A stretch of DNA of 64,000 nucleotides from an uncultured bacterium (GTDB taxonomy: Bacteria; Zixibacteria; MSB-5A5; UBA10806). The notes under the pieces were generated by a model that was not told the origin of the DNA, did not search any database, and saw nothing but the letters and a program-made list of their open reading frames with translations. Below, one piece after another: positions 1-9,758 of this stretch (position 1 is the stretch's first letter; each line of letters begins with the position of its first letter). Made by a program: the position numbers and the translations under genes. The stretch is from assembly GCA_965541585.1 (NCBI GenBank), contig CBEUCH010000016.1:22056-86055 (forward strand), in the 5' to 3' direction.

Positions 1-1002
1 TTCACCTACACCGGCCACCAGAATAGCGGAGATATCCTGAGGAAGTGAGAGGTCGACACTGTTATAATCATTGGCGATGTAAACCTCACAATTGGAGATT
101 TCCTCAAAACGCGCTACTATTGGCGCATGATTGGTCTCAAACCTCGAATGACCATGATTTAATGACACTTCGAAAACCTCCACCCGGCCGTAGGAGGTCT
201 CGCAGATCAACTCGCCTTTGACCTTCCGCACTTTAATGGGCGCGTAACTGGTTCTCAAAACCACCGAACCTTCAGGCGCCTCGATATCTGTGGCGCTTAT
301 TTCTGCGTAACTCGTATAAGCCTCAACCGGGCCTTGAATATCCTCGAGCCTTATCATACCATTGGCGGACCGCAGGAGAGCATACCCCGAGGGTATAATA
401 ATATCGCTGGCCGCAATCTTTCCATTCTGCGTTTCGGCTCTGAGGCTGCCCTTGATCGCATGAAGCTGAATATTGCCGTAGGTGGTGACGATATCAACCG
501 GGCCAAAAATCCTCTCTACGGCGACAGCAGAAAAACCGGATTTCATATCAACGCCCTGAAACGGTCCCCCGATATTCAATTGCATGAAATTGGATTCTCC
601 CTCGATGCTCATTTTCTCGGGAAGTTCCACGAAAATCTCCACCCTGATCTTATGGTCGCTGCCTTCCCAGGGGGCGTGCGAAGGCGATAATATTTTGAAG
701 ATCACTCTATCATCTATTACCCGCAGTTTGAAATCGATAAGATCCAGAAATCGCCTGGACTCCGCCTCGGATGAGGCTCTGGCCCATTTATCGAAGGTGA
801 TATTTACATCACCGATCTGGCGTGACAGAATTCGGATTACACCCGCCAGGTTGGTGCTTCCCCGAATCTCAAATATGGATTGACCGCTGAGTTTCGCCGT
901 CAAATTGCCGGATTCCTTTACAGGATCCCCGGCATTGACCGAAAGGCCGCCTATCCAGAAGGTTATGGCTGTCAAGAAAGCTATCTTTAAGGCCTTTTTC
1001 AT
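1..1002 (-). CDS. DUF4097-like beta-strand-repeat exported protein (3' end runs off window)
   Basis: Absent from the ORF track, presumably because its stop lies outside the window. Manual translation from ATG 1002 gives MKKALKIAFLTAITFWIGGLSVNA (signal peptide), then repeats such as GPVDIVTTYGNIQL and GSLRAETQNGKI, typical of DUF4097/adhesin. Confidence 0.7.
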   Translation of the reverse strand, partial: MKKALKIAFLTAITFWIGGLSVNAGDPVKESGNLTAKLSGQSIFEIRGSTNLAGVIRILSRQIGDVNITFDKWARASSEAESRRFLDLIDFKLRVIDDRVIFKILSPSHAPWEGSDHKIRVEIFVELPEKMSIEGESNFMQLNIGGPFQGVDMKSGFSAVAVERIFGPVDIVTTYGNIQLHAIKGSLRAETQNGKIAASDIIIPSGYALLRSANGMIRLEDIQGPVEAYTSYAEISATDIEAPEGSVVLRTSYAPIKVRKVKGELICETSYGRVEVFEVSLNHGHSRFETNHAPIVARFEEISNCEVYIANDYNSVDLSLPQDISAILVAGVGE

Positions 1003-1053
1003 TCCTGTAATTATCCCTCTTCCATATACGAGATTACCGATTTTTGGTTTCTG

Positions 1054-1968
1054 CTAAAAGCGTTTAATCTTATCCTCGAAGATTGCCGCCACCATTACCT
1101 TACCTACTTTCGCCAGGGATTCCGCGGAACATTTATCCGGAGTATCCTCCTGCGTATGCCAGTATGGATAATCAAAATCAATTATGTCAACTGCTTTTAT
1201 ACCGGCGGACAATAACGAAATATGGTCGTCGCTCACGGTATGCTTGACCGAATCAATAAAAGCATCGGCACCGACATCCCCGGCGATATTCCATATATAA
1301 TCGTTAAGATCACCGGCGTATTGCTGGGAGATTGCTTCTCTATAAATCTGGAGATCGGAATCTCCGACTAAGTCGACCAATATCGCAAGGCGTGGCCTGT
1401 ATCCCTGAAGCGATTCGACGAAATATCTCGATCCCATAAACCAGCCCCCTTGCCAGTCGTCCGTCCCATAATCCTCACCATCGAAAAGCACAATATCAAC
1501 TCCCACCGGCGGCCGATGGTTCTTCAAGAGACGTCCCATTTCGAGAAGGACAGCGGTCCCGGAGGCGCCATCATTGGCCCCCGACACCGGAATATTGAAA
1601 TTACTGCTGTCGGGATCTTCATCCGAGATCGGACGGCTATCCCAGTGAGCACAGAGCATAATTCTTCTCTCGCTCTCGGGATAATAGGATGCAATGATGT
1701 TAAACATGTTCCTCTGTAGCCCGGCGACTGAATCATAGACGGTAAATCTCTGAATCCTGCAGAGGTCCGTGGTCTCTTTGAGACTGTTATAGAGAAATTC
1801 CCCGGCTTTTGCATGAGATTCGGTATTGGCGACCCGAGGGCCGAAGGAGCATTGCTTCAACAGATCGGAATAAGCTCTCTCACCGTTGAACACCGGGCGT
1901 TTATCGCATGACGAGAAAATTACACTCAGCGATAATGCGAAAATAGCCATCAACAATTTTGACGACAT
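1054..1968 (-). CDS. M28 family lipoprotein, glutaminyl-peptide cyclotransferase-like
   Basis: Lipobox-like FSSC; motifs AHWDSRP, GANDGASGTAVLLE, FDGEDYG, SDDH, YWHT; start overlaps the sprA stop (TGATG). Confidence 0.8.
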   Translation of the reverse strand: MSSKLLMAIFALSLSVIFSSCDKRPVFNGERAYSDLLKQCSFGPRVANTESHAKAGEFLYNSLKETTDLCRIQRFTVYDSVAGLQRNMFNIIASYYPESERRIMLCAHWDSRPISDEDPDSSNFNIPVSGANDGASGTAVLLEMGRLLKNHRPPVGVDIVLFDGEDYGTDDWQGGWFMGSRYFVESLQGYRPRLAILVDLVGDSDLQIYREAISQQYAGDLNDYIWNIAGDVGADAFIDSVKHTVSDDHISLLSAGIKAVDIIDFDYPYWHTQEDTPDKCSAESLAKVGKVMVAAIFEDKIKRF

Positions 1969-4900
1969 CAGAACCTGATCTCCGTCCAGATTCCTAACTC
2001 CCTGACATGGTGTTTGCGCTGCTGGATCTTATCATCGGAATCATTCCAGCGCGCCCTCACTCCGCCGGTGATGGCCCGCGAAAACTGGTAGCTCAATTTT
2101 GGTTCAATTGTAATGCTACTCCGATCGGAATCTACCGATTTCCTCCCGCTGGTGACCGATTCAGATTTCGTATTATTGATAGATACATCGAGAGACAAAG
2201 AAAGCTGGCTGTCGAATTTCACTCTTTTCAAGAACGGGAGTTTCAGTCCTTTGGGCGCCGAAAAACTATACGAGACACCTATTTTGATATTACTATCGGA
2301 GCCTTTCACCTCCCTGTCGGACTGACCCTCGCTCCTGAGGTTTTTTGAATGGCTGCTCGACTTATCATAACGGACGGTGCCTCTGATATTATTTGCGAAG
2401 GTGATAGTAAGCCCGAAAATGGGCGAATAGTTTTTCGCCGTATCCCGTTTATACACCTCGCCGGTGTCTTCCCGACCGTTCTCGTCGACCTTTTTCGAAT
2501 ACCCGAATTGGTAGCTAACCGTTCTGGCTATCGATTTAAACAGGGCGATATTCTCCAGGCCGGTTAAATTAGCGGTTATATCCGGGAAGGTTATGGTTTT
2601 CAGTTTGGTGGGATCGGTCGTGCCCCTGGTGACCTGTGTCCGCAGGCTGTAAGAGGTTCTTATATCCAGATTGCGAACAGGCTGCAGTCCACTTTCCAAT
2701 CGATAGGTATCGGTGAGTACCGTATTATCGGTTCTGGCTAATCCACTGGCGGCCTTGGTCTCCGCCCGGGGATGGTCCATCAAGCCAAACATATACAACC
2801 AGTGGGCTCTCTCTAAAAGCCCCTGTCGGGCCAATTTTTTATCTTTCTGATATGTGCCCCGAACGGGTTTCACCGACTTGAAAATCCTCAGAATTCCCCC
2901 GAGAACCCGTTTGGGAGTAACCCTCCCGGGCTCCGATTCCTCGTCGTATTCCTCGTCCTCATCCAGAAACTCATCACCGTTGGTATCTTTCTTTTTCTGC
3001 CTCTGAGGTTTTGACGATCTTCCGCCTCCCCCCGTGGAAAATAGCGAGGGAAGATTAAACGTTAGATCCGCCTTCAGTGAGCCCTGCATATCGGTGGTGC
3101 GGGTAGAATCGATATTGCGCTTGAGATCCGAGTTCTCGTTGTAATTGGATGTGAAGGAAATCTTGTTATCAATTATTCTCAGTATGCGAGGCTGAAAACT
3201 AACATCGAACCTCTGCTGAAACCTCTGCTCGACCCCGAGTTTCAGTTTCGATGGGTTTATGCTAAGCTTGAAACGCCCCGGATCGGTCAGGTCTCGTGAG
3301 GCGGAAACGCCATAATTTGACTTCAAACTAGAGAGCAGACCAAGACTCAGATTACTTGATAGCGAAAGATCTTTCGTTCGTGATTCCGTTAGAATCCCCC
3401 GTTGGTTCAGGTTTGTGGAGTTGTTCCCATTTAACTCGCTGGAGAAATCAAGTTTGGTCGGCAGATAGAAGAATTCGGAGTTATGCAACGATTTTGGCAA
3501 ATACAGGTATTTCATCCAGGAAAACGGCCTGAATGATGGCTTCGATCTTGGCGTAAGGTCGTATGTTGTTCTACCCTGGTACCTGATCTGCTCGCTCTCC
3601 GGCACGGCTGGCGATTTCCCCTGGGTTCTGGAGAAGGTATAATTGGATTTGATCCGGTTTAATGTCAAATTCCAGATCGGATTCTTGGTATTCCTGTTGA
3701 AACCTATGGATACCGTATGGCTTTTCTGCGTGCTTTCAGTTCTTTCAAATCTCCTGGCGTTACCTTGAAGTATTATATCCGAACCCGGCTGGAGGCGCGG
3801 AAGCGAAAGTGAATTCTGCCACGAGTATGAGAACGGCAGGCTCATACCAAGCGATGGCGGGAACAACCGTTCGACTTTCACCCCCAGACGCACTGATCGA
3901 TTGGTCGTGGTCGCTCCCGACGACTGCTTCGCCGATAACGGGAAGAAATCGGCGCCGGTCTTCTGGTAAGAGAGGGTAACATCGGTAAAGTCTGCGAAAT
4001 TAGCGGTCGCCTGCAACCGACCTGCGAAATCCGATTTCCTTCTAACATCGGTCACCAGGAGTTCATCGAGCCAGACCTCGCCGGAATACAACTCTGTTTC
4101 GGTGGATGCGGTATCTATCTCCACTCCCACTATGAAATACTTCACCTGCGCGAGCGACGGGTTACCGTGGATTCTGTAAGGCCCGTCGGTGGTATCGGCC
4201 ACTGCCAGCGATTCGGGGGGCGTCCGTTTCTGAAGCTCGTATTTGAGTTCTGTCATGCGGATGAAATCGATATCAACCCAGTTATTCTCCGACCATCCGG
4301 GCTCGAGGACGGTGCGGTATTCGTAAAAATTGCTGCCGTCCTGGCTCATCCGGAAGAAGAATGAAACAAAGCCGTCGACAGACGGATCACCATGGACAAA
4401 CATCTGAAGGCGCTGGTACAGGGTATAATCCTCGGGCTGATAGAGACTCCAGTAAGCAGCCCCCAGGTGGCCGGGGGGCATATTCTGGTAGGATAAGACG
4501 AGCGATTGCTCTTTTTCCCTGACACCAGTTTCTCGATCAAGCTCGCCGGCGATTCCAGGAGGCGGATAGTAATTCAGATTCTCCTGAGTATTTTTTACAG
4601 TCACGTCGAATTTTTCCCCGGGTCGCAAATAATCCGTGGAATCCATCTCGACCGGCACTTCCTGCCACTTGTTACCGACCAGCAGGAAGGAAGCCATCTG
4701 CAGGTGATAAGGCTCAGTTCCCCCGGAGAACCACAGGCGTGCATAACTAAGTCTCGTAAAATCTGCGGAGCCCGTGTCGCCCCGAACGCTGTAAACCAGG
4801 GAGTCCTGCAACGGTATTCTCAGAAGCTGCCAGCCGGTGGATGTGGAATCGGCCCAGTACTCCGGATCATCTAAATCGATTATGTATTCGAAATAACCGT

Positions 4901-7868
4901 CTTGCCGATCTAATGATCCATTGTTATTGATATCCTCGGTGTCGAAACGGCCCAATCTGTCGGGATCGTTTCTGTTGTCCTCGGTACCGTTGATCTGAGA
5001 ATAGTTATAAGGATCGTCGTTGCTGTAATGCCAGTCATCGCCTTGGGGATCGGGATTCGATACCGGGTCATAATCCGGTTCATTTTCACTGAACAGTCCA
5101 TCCAGCCCGGTATCTTCATCCGGAAGCAGAACGCCATTCAGATCAGCATCCTCTAAATCGTATTGCCCGTCATCATCGAGGTCCTCGGAGATCAGACCGA
5201 GATTGATATGCAACAGGGGAGCCCCGGACTCGACGCTGATATCGGGATGATACCAGAACTCGATAAACTTCGTCAAGCTCTGATCGGCCATTCCGGAATA
5301 AACCGGTCTCATTATGCCCGCCCAGGAGGAATCCGGATATGCCGCCGTGCTGTCCGGGAAGAATTGCAGATTCAAGACGTCGTGCTGGTCATCCTGCGAC
5401 CGCACATCCCGCTCGGGCCAGATTTCTTCTACCCTTACCCGATCAATGGGGTTATACCACCACAGATCTGTTCTATAATCCAAATCGAGCTTTTCGCGCG
5501 ATTCATCCAATGGGAGCGAGCAGGCAGTCCATACTCCCCGCCTGCTGCTCAAATCCGTATAATTCCTGGTGCCCTCGAAATCATCTATGAACGCCTGATT
5601 CTTGGTATTCGGGTTGGGAATGCTTTGCGCCACCTCGCCGGAAATATCCAGAGACGATAAGCCGTCCGCCTCCACAAGCGGGAGAACGTCGACTAAGGTG
5701 GTCATGAAATCCGGTTTGAACTTAAAGGAAAAATTGCCATCCCATACAAAAGCTTTCGTCGGTTCCCTTCCGACCCTTGGCCTGGGATCGGATGCGGTTT
5801 CAGATCTGTACATGGCGGCGAAGGAAGCGAATGAATTTTCGAACAGTTGATACCGGCTCGCCAGTCCGAACAGGGTTTTCTTTTCCGGCGAGAAGAATGG
5901 GGCGTAGTCGAAATCGACCGTGATGTTGGCTGCCGGATTGGTGGCCTCCTGTGAAAGAAAAGTTATTTGCCCGATGTCGTAATTGATATTATAATCGAGG
6001 CCGCGTCGGAGCACGGTGCCGTCCCCAAGCTTGACCACCTCTGAGCCCTCTATGACATTGGCCCTACCTAGAGAGTGGCTTGCCGCCCGCTGGGCAGTTT
6101 TGACATAGAGATAATACTCCGTCGAGTCCCGGGGGATCGGGTTTCCAGATGGGTTCTCGTAGATCTCGAGGACCTTTTCCTCTAAAGCCTCACTGGCGAA
6201 CGGTGTCGGGTGCGGGAACACCAGATGCCCCCTGTGAGCATCAATGACAGTGTTATCAAAATCGAACAGGCAATCCGAACCGGGTGCCCCGGTATTGTTA
6301 TTTCGTTCATCCAGGCCGAGAAGCGTTACGAAACAATCGCCATTCTGATCCTCATAATCATTTATCAATCCCTGCAGGCCGCCGGCTCCTTTGAAAATCC
6401 TTAACTCAAAACCATCGATAGAAATATCCCGCGCTCCAAGATCATAGACGTTACGCCACATTCGATCCCAGGAATCGAAGCTCACGACAGGTTGACGGTG
6501 TTTCAGTAGAATCAGGACCAGCGTCGTATCCTGTGTTATCGTGGTGTCGGGACGATAAGATAAATTCCCGATGGTGAGGGTGTCTACCGAGCCGCCATCA
6601 TACCTTGCATATTTTATATAGGCTGCTAATACGTTTCCATCCCTTAACCTATTATTCAGAACTACACTCCAGATCTCTTCATAGACCTTGAAATCGTCTA
6701 GATCCATCGGTTTAAAGTGAATATATTCATATTCATTCCGCTGTTGTTGTTCAAGCGTGACATTCGGCAGGCTGTCCATTGGCCAGACACAGGCGAGGCC
6801 CTTGGGATCTTCCGTCTGCAACCCGTTGACATACAACTCAACGGAAATTAACGAATCGTTCGGACCGGGATCCCATAACTTGAAATATGTATTGGACAGA
6901 TAATCATAATCCCTGATCTGCCGATCCGTCCCCTTGGCCCCGGCGACGAAGCTGGCCTTCTCGTTGGAGCCCTTATCCTGGCTGGTGATCATGGTGATAT
7001 CCAGGTTCCCTATCTTGGCCGTGGCCTTGATACCGAAAAGCCCCTGGATGTTCTCGGAGTAGCCTATGAACCGCGAATTGGGAAGCGACAACGTGGTGTT
7101 ACCAGCCTCGACGGTCTGGATGATCTCGTCCTCTTCACCTGTATACCGGAGCTTTATAGTGTTGCCCAGTTCGGTAAAGCGTTCCGAATCCTGATCCACT
7201 TCTACCGTGATTTTCGATCCGATGGTGCCGGTGACCTTAAAGCGCGATTTCTGTTCCATGTGGAGGGTGGGAAATTTCGATTGATTGAAGGTGCCGGTAT
7301 TGACGAGGCCCTCCTCCCATTCCGAGCGGCCGGAGAAAGTAATGGATCTCGATCCGGTAACCCTTATATTCGATTTTCCCTCGCCGATGATCCTACCGAT
7401 GACCTTGGGAGGCTCCCATGGTATATCTATCTGTACGGCACCCTTCCCGCCGTCATCTTCAGACTTGCCAAGCTCTTTTCGCAATTCGTCTCGCCAGGTG
7501 TTTTTCAAGGCCATATCCGCCCGGTAGAGAACATAGTTCGGCAATGCGAAGATACGGGTCGACGATAATTCATATTCACCGTAATAATCGCGGAGGGTTA
7601 CATAATATGATCGGCCGGATGTAAAACTGATTTCCCGGCGGTATTTTGGATTGTTAAACTCAAAAAGATATGATGGAGCGTCTTTGTTCAGGCATTTCTT
7701 GCCGGCCGGGGGGCCTTCGGCTTCCCTGACAATAAAAAGGCTCTTGATTCTTAGCGGGATGTCGAATTCCCCGATCTCATCCGCAAGCGCCGGGGAGGCG
7801 ATGAATAAAAGCAAGAGCGCAACGTTTATTTTGCTCGCAAAGGACAACACAGATCCTTCAGGCCGCAA
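1968..7868 (-). CDS. sprA: Cell surface protein SprA / T9SS outer-membrane translocon
   Basis: 1966 aa. SprA-like segments VTGTIGSKITVEVDQDSER, VEAGNTTLSLP...GLFGIK, EGSEVV...DYNINY, FIDDFEG, DTEDINNNG, GEVWLDEL; beta-barrel-type C-terminal Phe. Confidence 0.85.
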   Translation of the reverse strand: MRPEGSVLSFASKINVALLLLFIASPALADEIGEFDIPLRIKSLFIVREAEGPPAGKKCLNKDAPSYLFEFNNPKYRREISFTSGRSYYVTLRDYYGEYELSSTRIFALPNYVLYRADMALKNTWRDELRKELGKSEDDGGKGAVQIDIPWEPPKVIGRIIGEGKSNIRVTGSRSITFSGRSEWEEGLVNTGTFNQSKFPTLHMEQKSRFKVTGTIGSKITVEVDQDSERFTELGNTIKLRYTGEEDEIIQTVEAGNTTLSLPNSRFIGYSENIQGLFGIKATAKIGNLDITMITSQDKGSNEKASFVAGAKGTDRQIRDYDYLSNTYFKLWDPGPNDSLISVELYVNGLQTEDPKGLACVWPMDSLPNVTLEQQQRNEYEYIHFKPMDLDDFKVYEEIWSVVLNNRLRDGNVLAAYIKYARYDGGSVDTLTIGNLSYRPDTTITQDTTLVLILLKHRQPVVSFDSWDRMWRNVYDLGARDISIDGFELRIFKGAGGLQGLINDYEDQNGDCFVTLLGLDERNNNTGAPGSDCLFDFDNTVIDAHRGHLVFPHPTPFASEALEEKVLEIYENPSGNPIPRDSTEYYLYVKTAQRAASHSLGRANVIEGSEVVKLGDGTVLRRGLDYNINYDIGQITFLSQEATNPAANITVDFDYAPFFSPEKKTLFGLASRYQLFENSFASFAAMYRSETASDPRPRVGREPTKAFVWDGNFSFKFKPDFMTTLVDVLPLVEADGLSSLDISGEVAQSIPNPNTKNQAFIDDFEGTRNYTDLSSRRGVWTACSLPLDESREKLDLDYRTDLWWYNPIDRVRVEEIWPERDVRSQDDQHDVLNLQFFPDSTAAYPDSSWAGIMRPVYSGMADQSLTKFIEFWYHPDISVESGAPLLHINLGLISEDLDDDGQYDLEDADLNGVLLPDEDTGLDGLFSENEPDYDPVSNPDPQGDDWHYSNDDPYNYSQINGTEDNRNDPDRLGRFDTEDINNNGSLDRQDGYFEYIIDLDDPEYWADSTSTGWQLLRIPLQDSLVYSVRGDTGSADFTRLSYARLWFSGGTEPYHLQMASFLLVGNKWQEVPVEMDSTDYLRPGEKFDVTVKNTQENLNYYPPPGIAGELDRETGVREKEQSLVLSYQNMPPGHLGAAYWSLYQPEDYTLYQRLQMFVHGDPSVDGFVSFFFRMSQDGSNFYEYRTVLEPGWSENNWVDIDFIRMTELKYELQKRTPPESLAVADTTDGPYRIHGNPSLAQVKYFIVGVEIDTASTETELYSGEVWLDELLVTDVRRKSDFAGRLQATANFADFTDVTLSYQKTGADFFPLSAKQSSGATTTNRSVRLGVKVERLFPPSLGMSLPFSYSWQNSLSLPRLQPGSDIILQGNARRFERTESTQKSHTVSIGFNRNTKNPIWNLTLNRIKSNYTFSRTQGKSPAVPESEQIRYQGRTTYDLTPRSKPSFRPFSWMKYLYLPKSLHNSEFFYLPTKLDFSSELNGNNSTNLNQRGILTESRTKDLSLSSNLSLGLLSSLKSNYGVSASRDLTDPGRFKLSINPSKLKLGVEQRFQQRFDVSFQPRILRIIDNKISFTSNYNENSDLKRNIDSTRTTDMQGSLKADLTFNLPSLFSTGGGGRSSKPQRQKKKDTNGDEFLDEDEEYDEESEPGRVTPKRVLGGILRIFKSVKPVRGTYQKDKKLARQGLLERAHWLYMFGLMDHPRAETKAASGLARTDNTVLTDTYRLESGLQPVRNLDIRTSYSLRTQVTRGTTDPTKLKTITFPDITANLTGLENIALFKSIARTVSYQFGYSKKVDENGREDTGEVYKRDTAKNYSPIFGLTITFANNIRGTVRYDKSSSHSKNLRSEGQSDREVKGSDSNIKIGVSYSFSAPKGLKLPFLKRVKFDSQLSLSLDVSINNTKSESVTSGRKSVDSDRSSITIEPKLSYQFSRAITGGVRARWNDSDDKIQQRKHHVRELGIWTEIRF

Positions 7869-7938
7869 CGGGCCATCTCCTAATTAATAATAATCTTTAG
7901 CGATATTCCTTTAAGCCTCCTTTGTATCTGGTCTCCAA

Positions 7939-8883
7939 TCAGGGATCAATATACATAATTTCCCGCTGCAAGTCTATACTAAATTTCCCCTTCGCTGCAT
8001 CGCCCATCATCTCCACCAACAGTTTTACATCTCTTGATGTTGCATTGCCTCGATTCACCACGATGTTGCAATGTTTTTCAAACACAGCCGCCGCACCCAC
8101 CGCCATTCCTCTTACTCCCGCATCCTCCAATATCTTACCGGCGGGAGTTACATTCGTGGGATCATCGAGCGACCTTAAGTTTTTATACACCGAGCCTGCG
8201 GACCCGAGTCCTACCGGATGATGCTCTTTTCTGAACCGACGCCGCTCATTAACTATTTCGGTTAATTTCGCCTTATCTTCATGGTGCAGTTGAAGTTTTA
8301 CCGACAGAACGGTATCCCCGGATTCAGAGAGGCGTGATTTCCTGTATTCAAATTTGAAATAATCGATATCGACGATCTCAATCTTACCGTCTTCGGTGTA
8401 AATCACGGCGCTTTTCAAAATCTCATTGATGGCATGACCGAATGCGCCGGCGTTACCGTAGACGGCTCCGCCGATAGTACCGCGGATTCCGGCGGCATAT
8501 TCCATCCCTCCCAGACCGGCATCCATCGTGGCATCGACCATCTTATCGACTATAACCCCCGACAGCGCGGAAATAACGTCGCCCTTGAGTCTGAATCTGT
8601 CTGTTTCATCCTTTATTATCAAACCGGTATAGCCGGCATCATCGAAAAGTATATTGGAACCGCCACCCAGGATAAAGAATTTCAATCCCATCTCTCTGGC
8701 CGCCCTGACAGCCCGGACGATATCGGTCGGCGTTCCGGCGACGAAAAAATGACGCGCCTCACCGCCTATGCCGAAGCTGGTGAATGGGGCCAGGATGACA
8801 TCGTTTCGAACGCGGCCATCGAGTATCTCGTTTAATCGTTCGGTTTTTGAGATGTTTCCTACCATAGATATTCCACAGGTCAT
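7939..8883 (-). CDS. murB: UDP-N-acetylenolpyruvoylglucosamine reductase
   Basis: TSFGIGGEA, LGGGSNIL, GTIGGAVYGNAGAFG, FEYRKS, SAGSVYKN, KHCNIVVN. Confidence 0.95.
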   Translation of the reverse strand: MTCGISMVGNISKTERLNEILDGRVRNDVILAPFTSFGIGGEARHFFVAGTPTDIVRAVRAAREMGLKFFILGGGSNILFDDAGYTGLIIKDETDRFRLKGDVISALSGVIVDKMVDATMDAGLGGMEYAAGIRGTIGGAVYGNAGAFGHAINEILKSAVIYTEDGKIEIVDIDYFKFEYRKSRLSESGDTVLSVKLQLHHEDKAKLTEIVNERRRFRKEHHPVGLGSAGSVYKNLRSLDDPTNVTPAGKILEDAGVRGMAVGAAAVFEKHCNIVVNRGNATSRDVKLLVEMMGDAAKGKFSIDLQREIMYIDP

Positions 8884-8899
8884 ACTTGTATTATTATAC

Positions 8900-9124
8900 T
8901 TATTGTACCCACTCGAGGTTCGCGATTTTTGCCGCCGTAGCCACGAATGATACCGTCAGAAGGCCAATAGATATCAGGAGAACTATAAACGCCGGATTGA
9001 GCGTATCGGAAAGAAATTTCGTAACCAAAACAGCAATAGCATACAATACCAAACCGGTTATCATGGCGGCCAGCGTTTTGCCGTAACTCTTGATGAGATT
9101 TTCGCCCAGGAGCCTGGTGGTCAT
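8900..9124 (-). CDS. Small two-helix membrane protein, hypothetical
   Basis: Two hydrophobic stretches; AGGA RBS; fits between co-oriented genes. Confidence 0.6.
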   Translation of the reverse strand: MTTRLLGENLIKSYGKTLAAMITGLVLYAIAVLVTKFLSDTLNPAFIVLLISIGLLTVSFVATAAKIANLEWVQ

Positions 9125-9147
9125 ATCCTGCTATGATCCTGGTATAG

Positions 9148-9534
9148 TTATTCTTTCTGTTCTTCCGAATCGCCCGCGGCTGGTTTTTCGTCCCCCTCCT
9201 CCGTTGGAGCCGGGGACTCTTCTTCTTTCTTATCCGGACCCTTTTTTACCTCTTCGAGATAATTCATGCGAAGTTCATATAGAACATGTTTGAGATATTT
9301 CGTTTCATCCTCGGTGAGTTTCCCTTCTGTTTTCTCCTCGAGCATGGCCAGCATATCTATGGAATGTTTGGCCATCACCAGATTGCGGTCGATCTTGCCC
9401 GTCATAATGCTCTGCACTTTCCCCATCTGCTGCCACGCCGCTGCTTGAAATGACAGGACAAGTTGGGTAAATAAAGCTGCAACGCCGTCCGGATCGACCT
9501 GGTCGCTATTCTTTCTTTCTTCATTTTCGCTCAT
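9148..9534 (-). CDS. DUF1844 domain protein
   Basis: AWQQMGK...AKHSIDMLAMLEEKTEGKLTEDE...LYELRMNY. Confidence 0.85.
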   Translation of the reverse strand: MSENEERKNSDQVDPDGVAALFTQLVLSFQAAAWQQMGKVQSIMTGKIDRNLVMAKHSIDMLAMLEEKTEGKLTEDETKYLKHVLYELRMNYLEEVKKGPDKKEEESPAPTEEGDEKPAAGDSEEQKE

Positions 9535-9536
9535 AA

Positions 9537-9719
9537 CTATTCCTTGTTTGCCGAAAGCTTCACCGCCATCGACAGTTTATGTTGAATATCCAGGAGATCG
9601 GCATCGATCTGCTTGAGCAGCCTCACAAGATCGAGATCCCCGGCATCCGGTATCATACTGCTGACCATGGCCTCCAATTCTCTTGCCTTCAGGAGGGCCC
9701 GTTCCGCCCTATTCGTCAT
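9537..9719 (-). CDS. Small helical hypothetical protein
   Basis: GGAGGA RBS; 60 aa; tight packing with its neighbours. Confidence 0.6.
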   Translation of the reverse strand: MTNRAERALLKARELEAMVSSMIPDAGDLDLVRLLKQIDADLLDIQHKLSMAVKLSANKE

Positions 9720-9758
9720 ATATCCTCCCGGTCGTCACCGGCCCGGAACCTCACGGCA

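Noticed and set aside
334..883. Plus-strand ORFs 334-690 and 584-883
   Set aside because: Shadows of the minus-strand DUF4097-like gene (1-1002).
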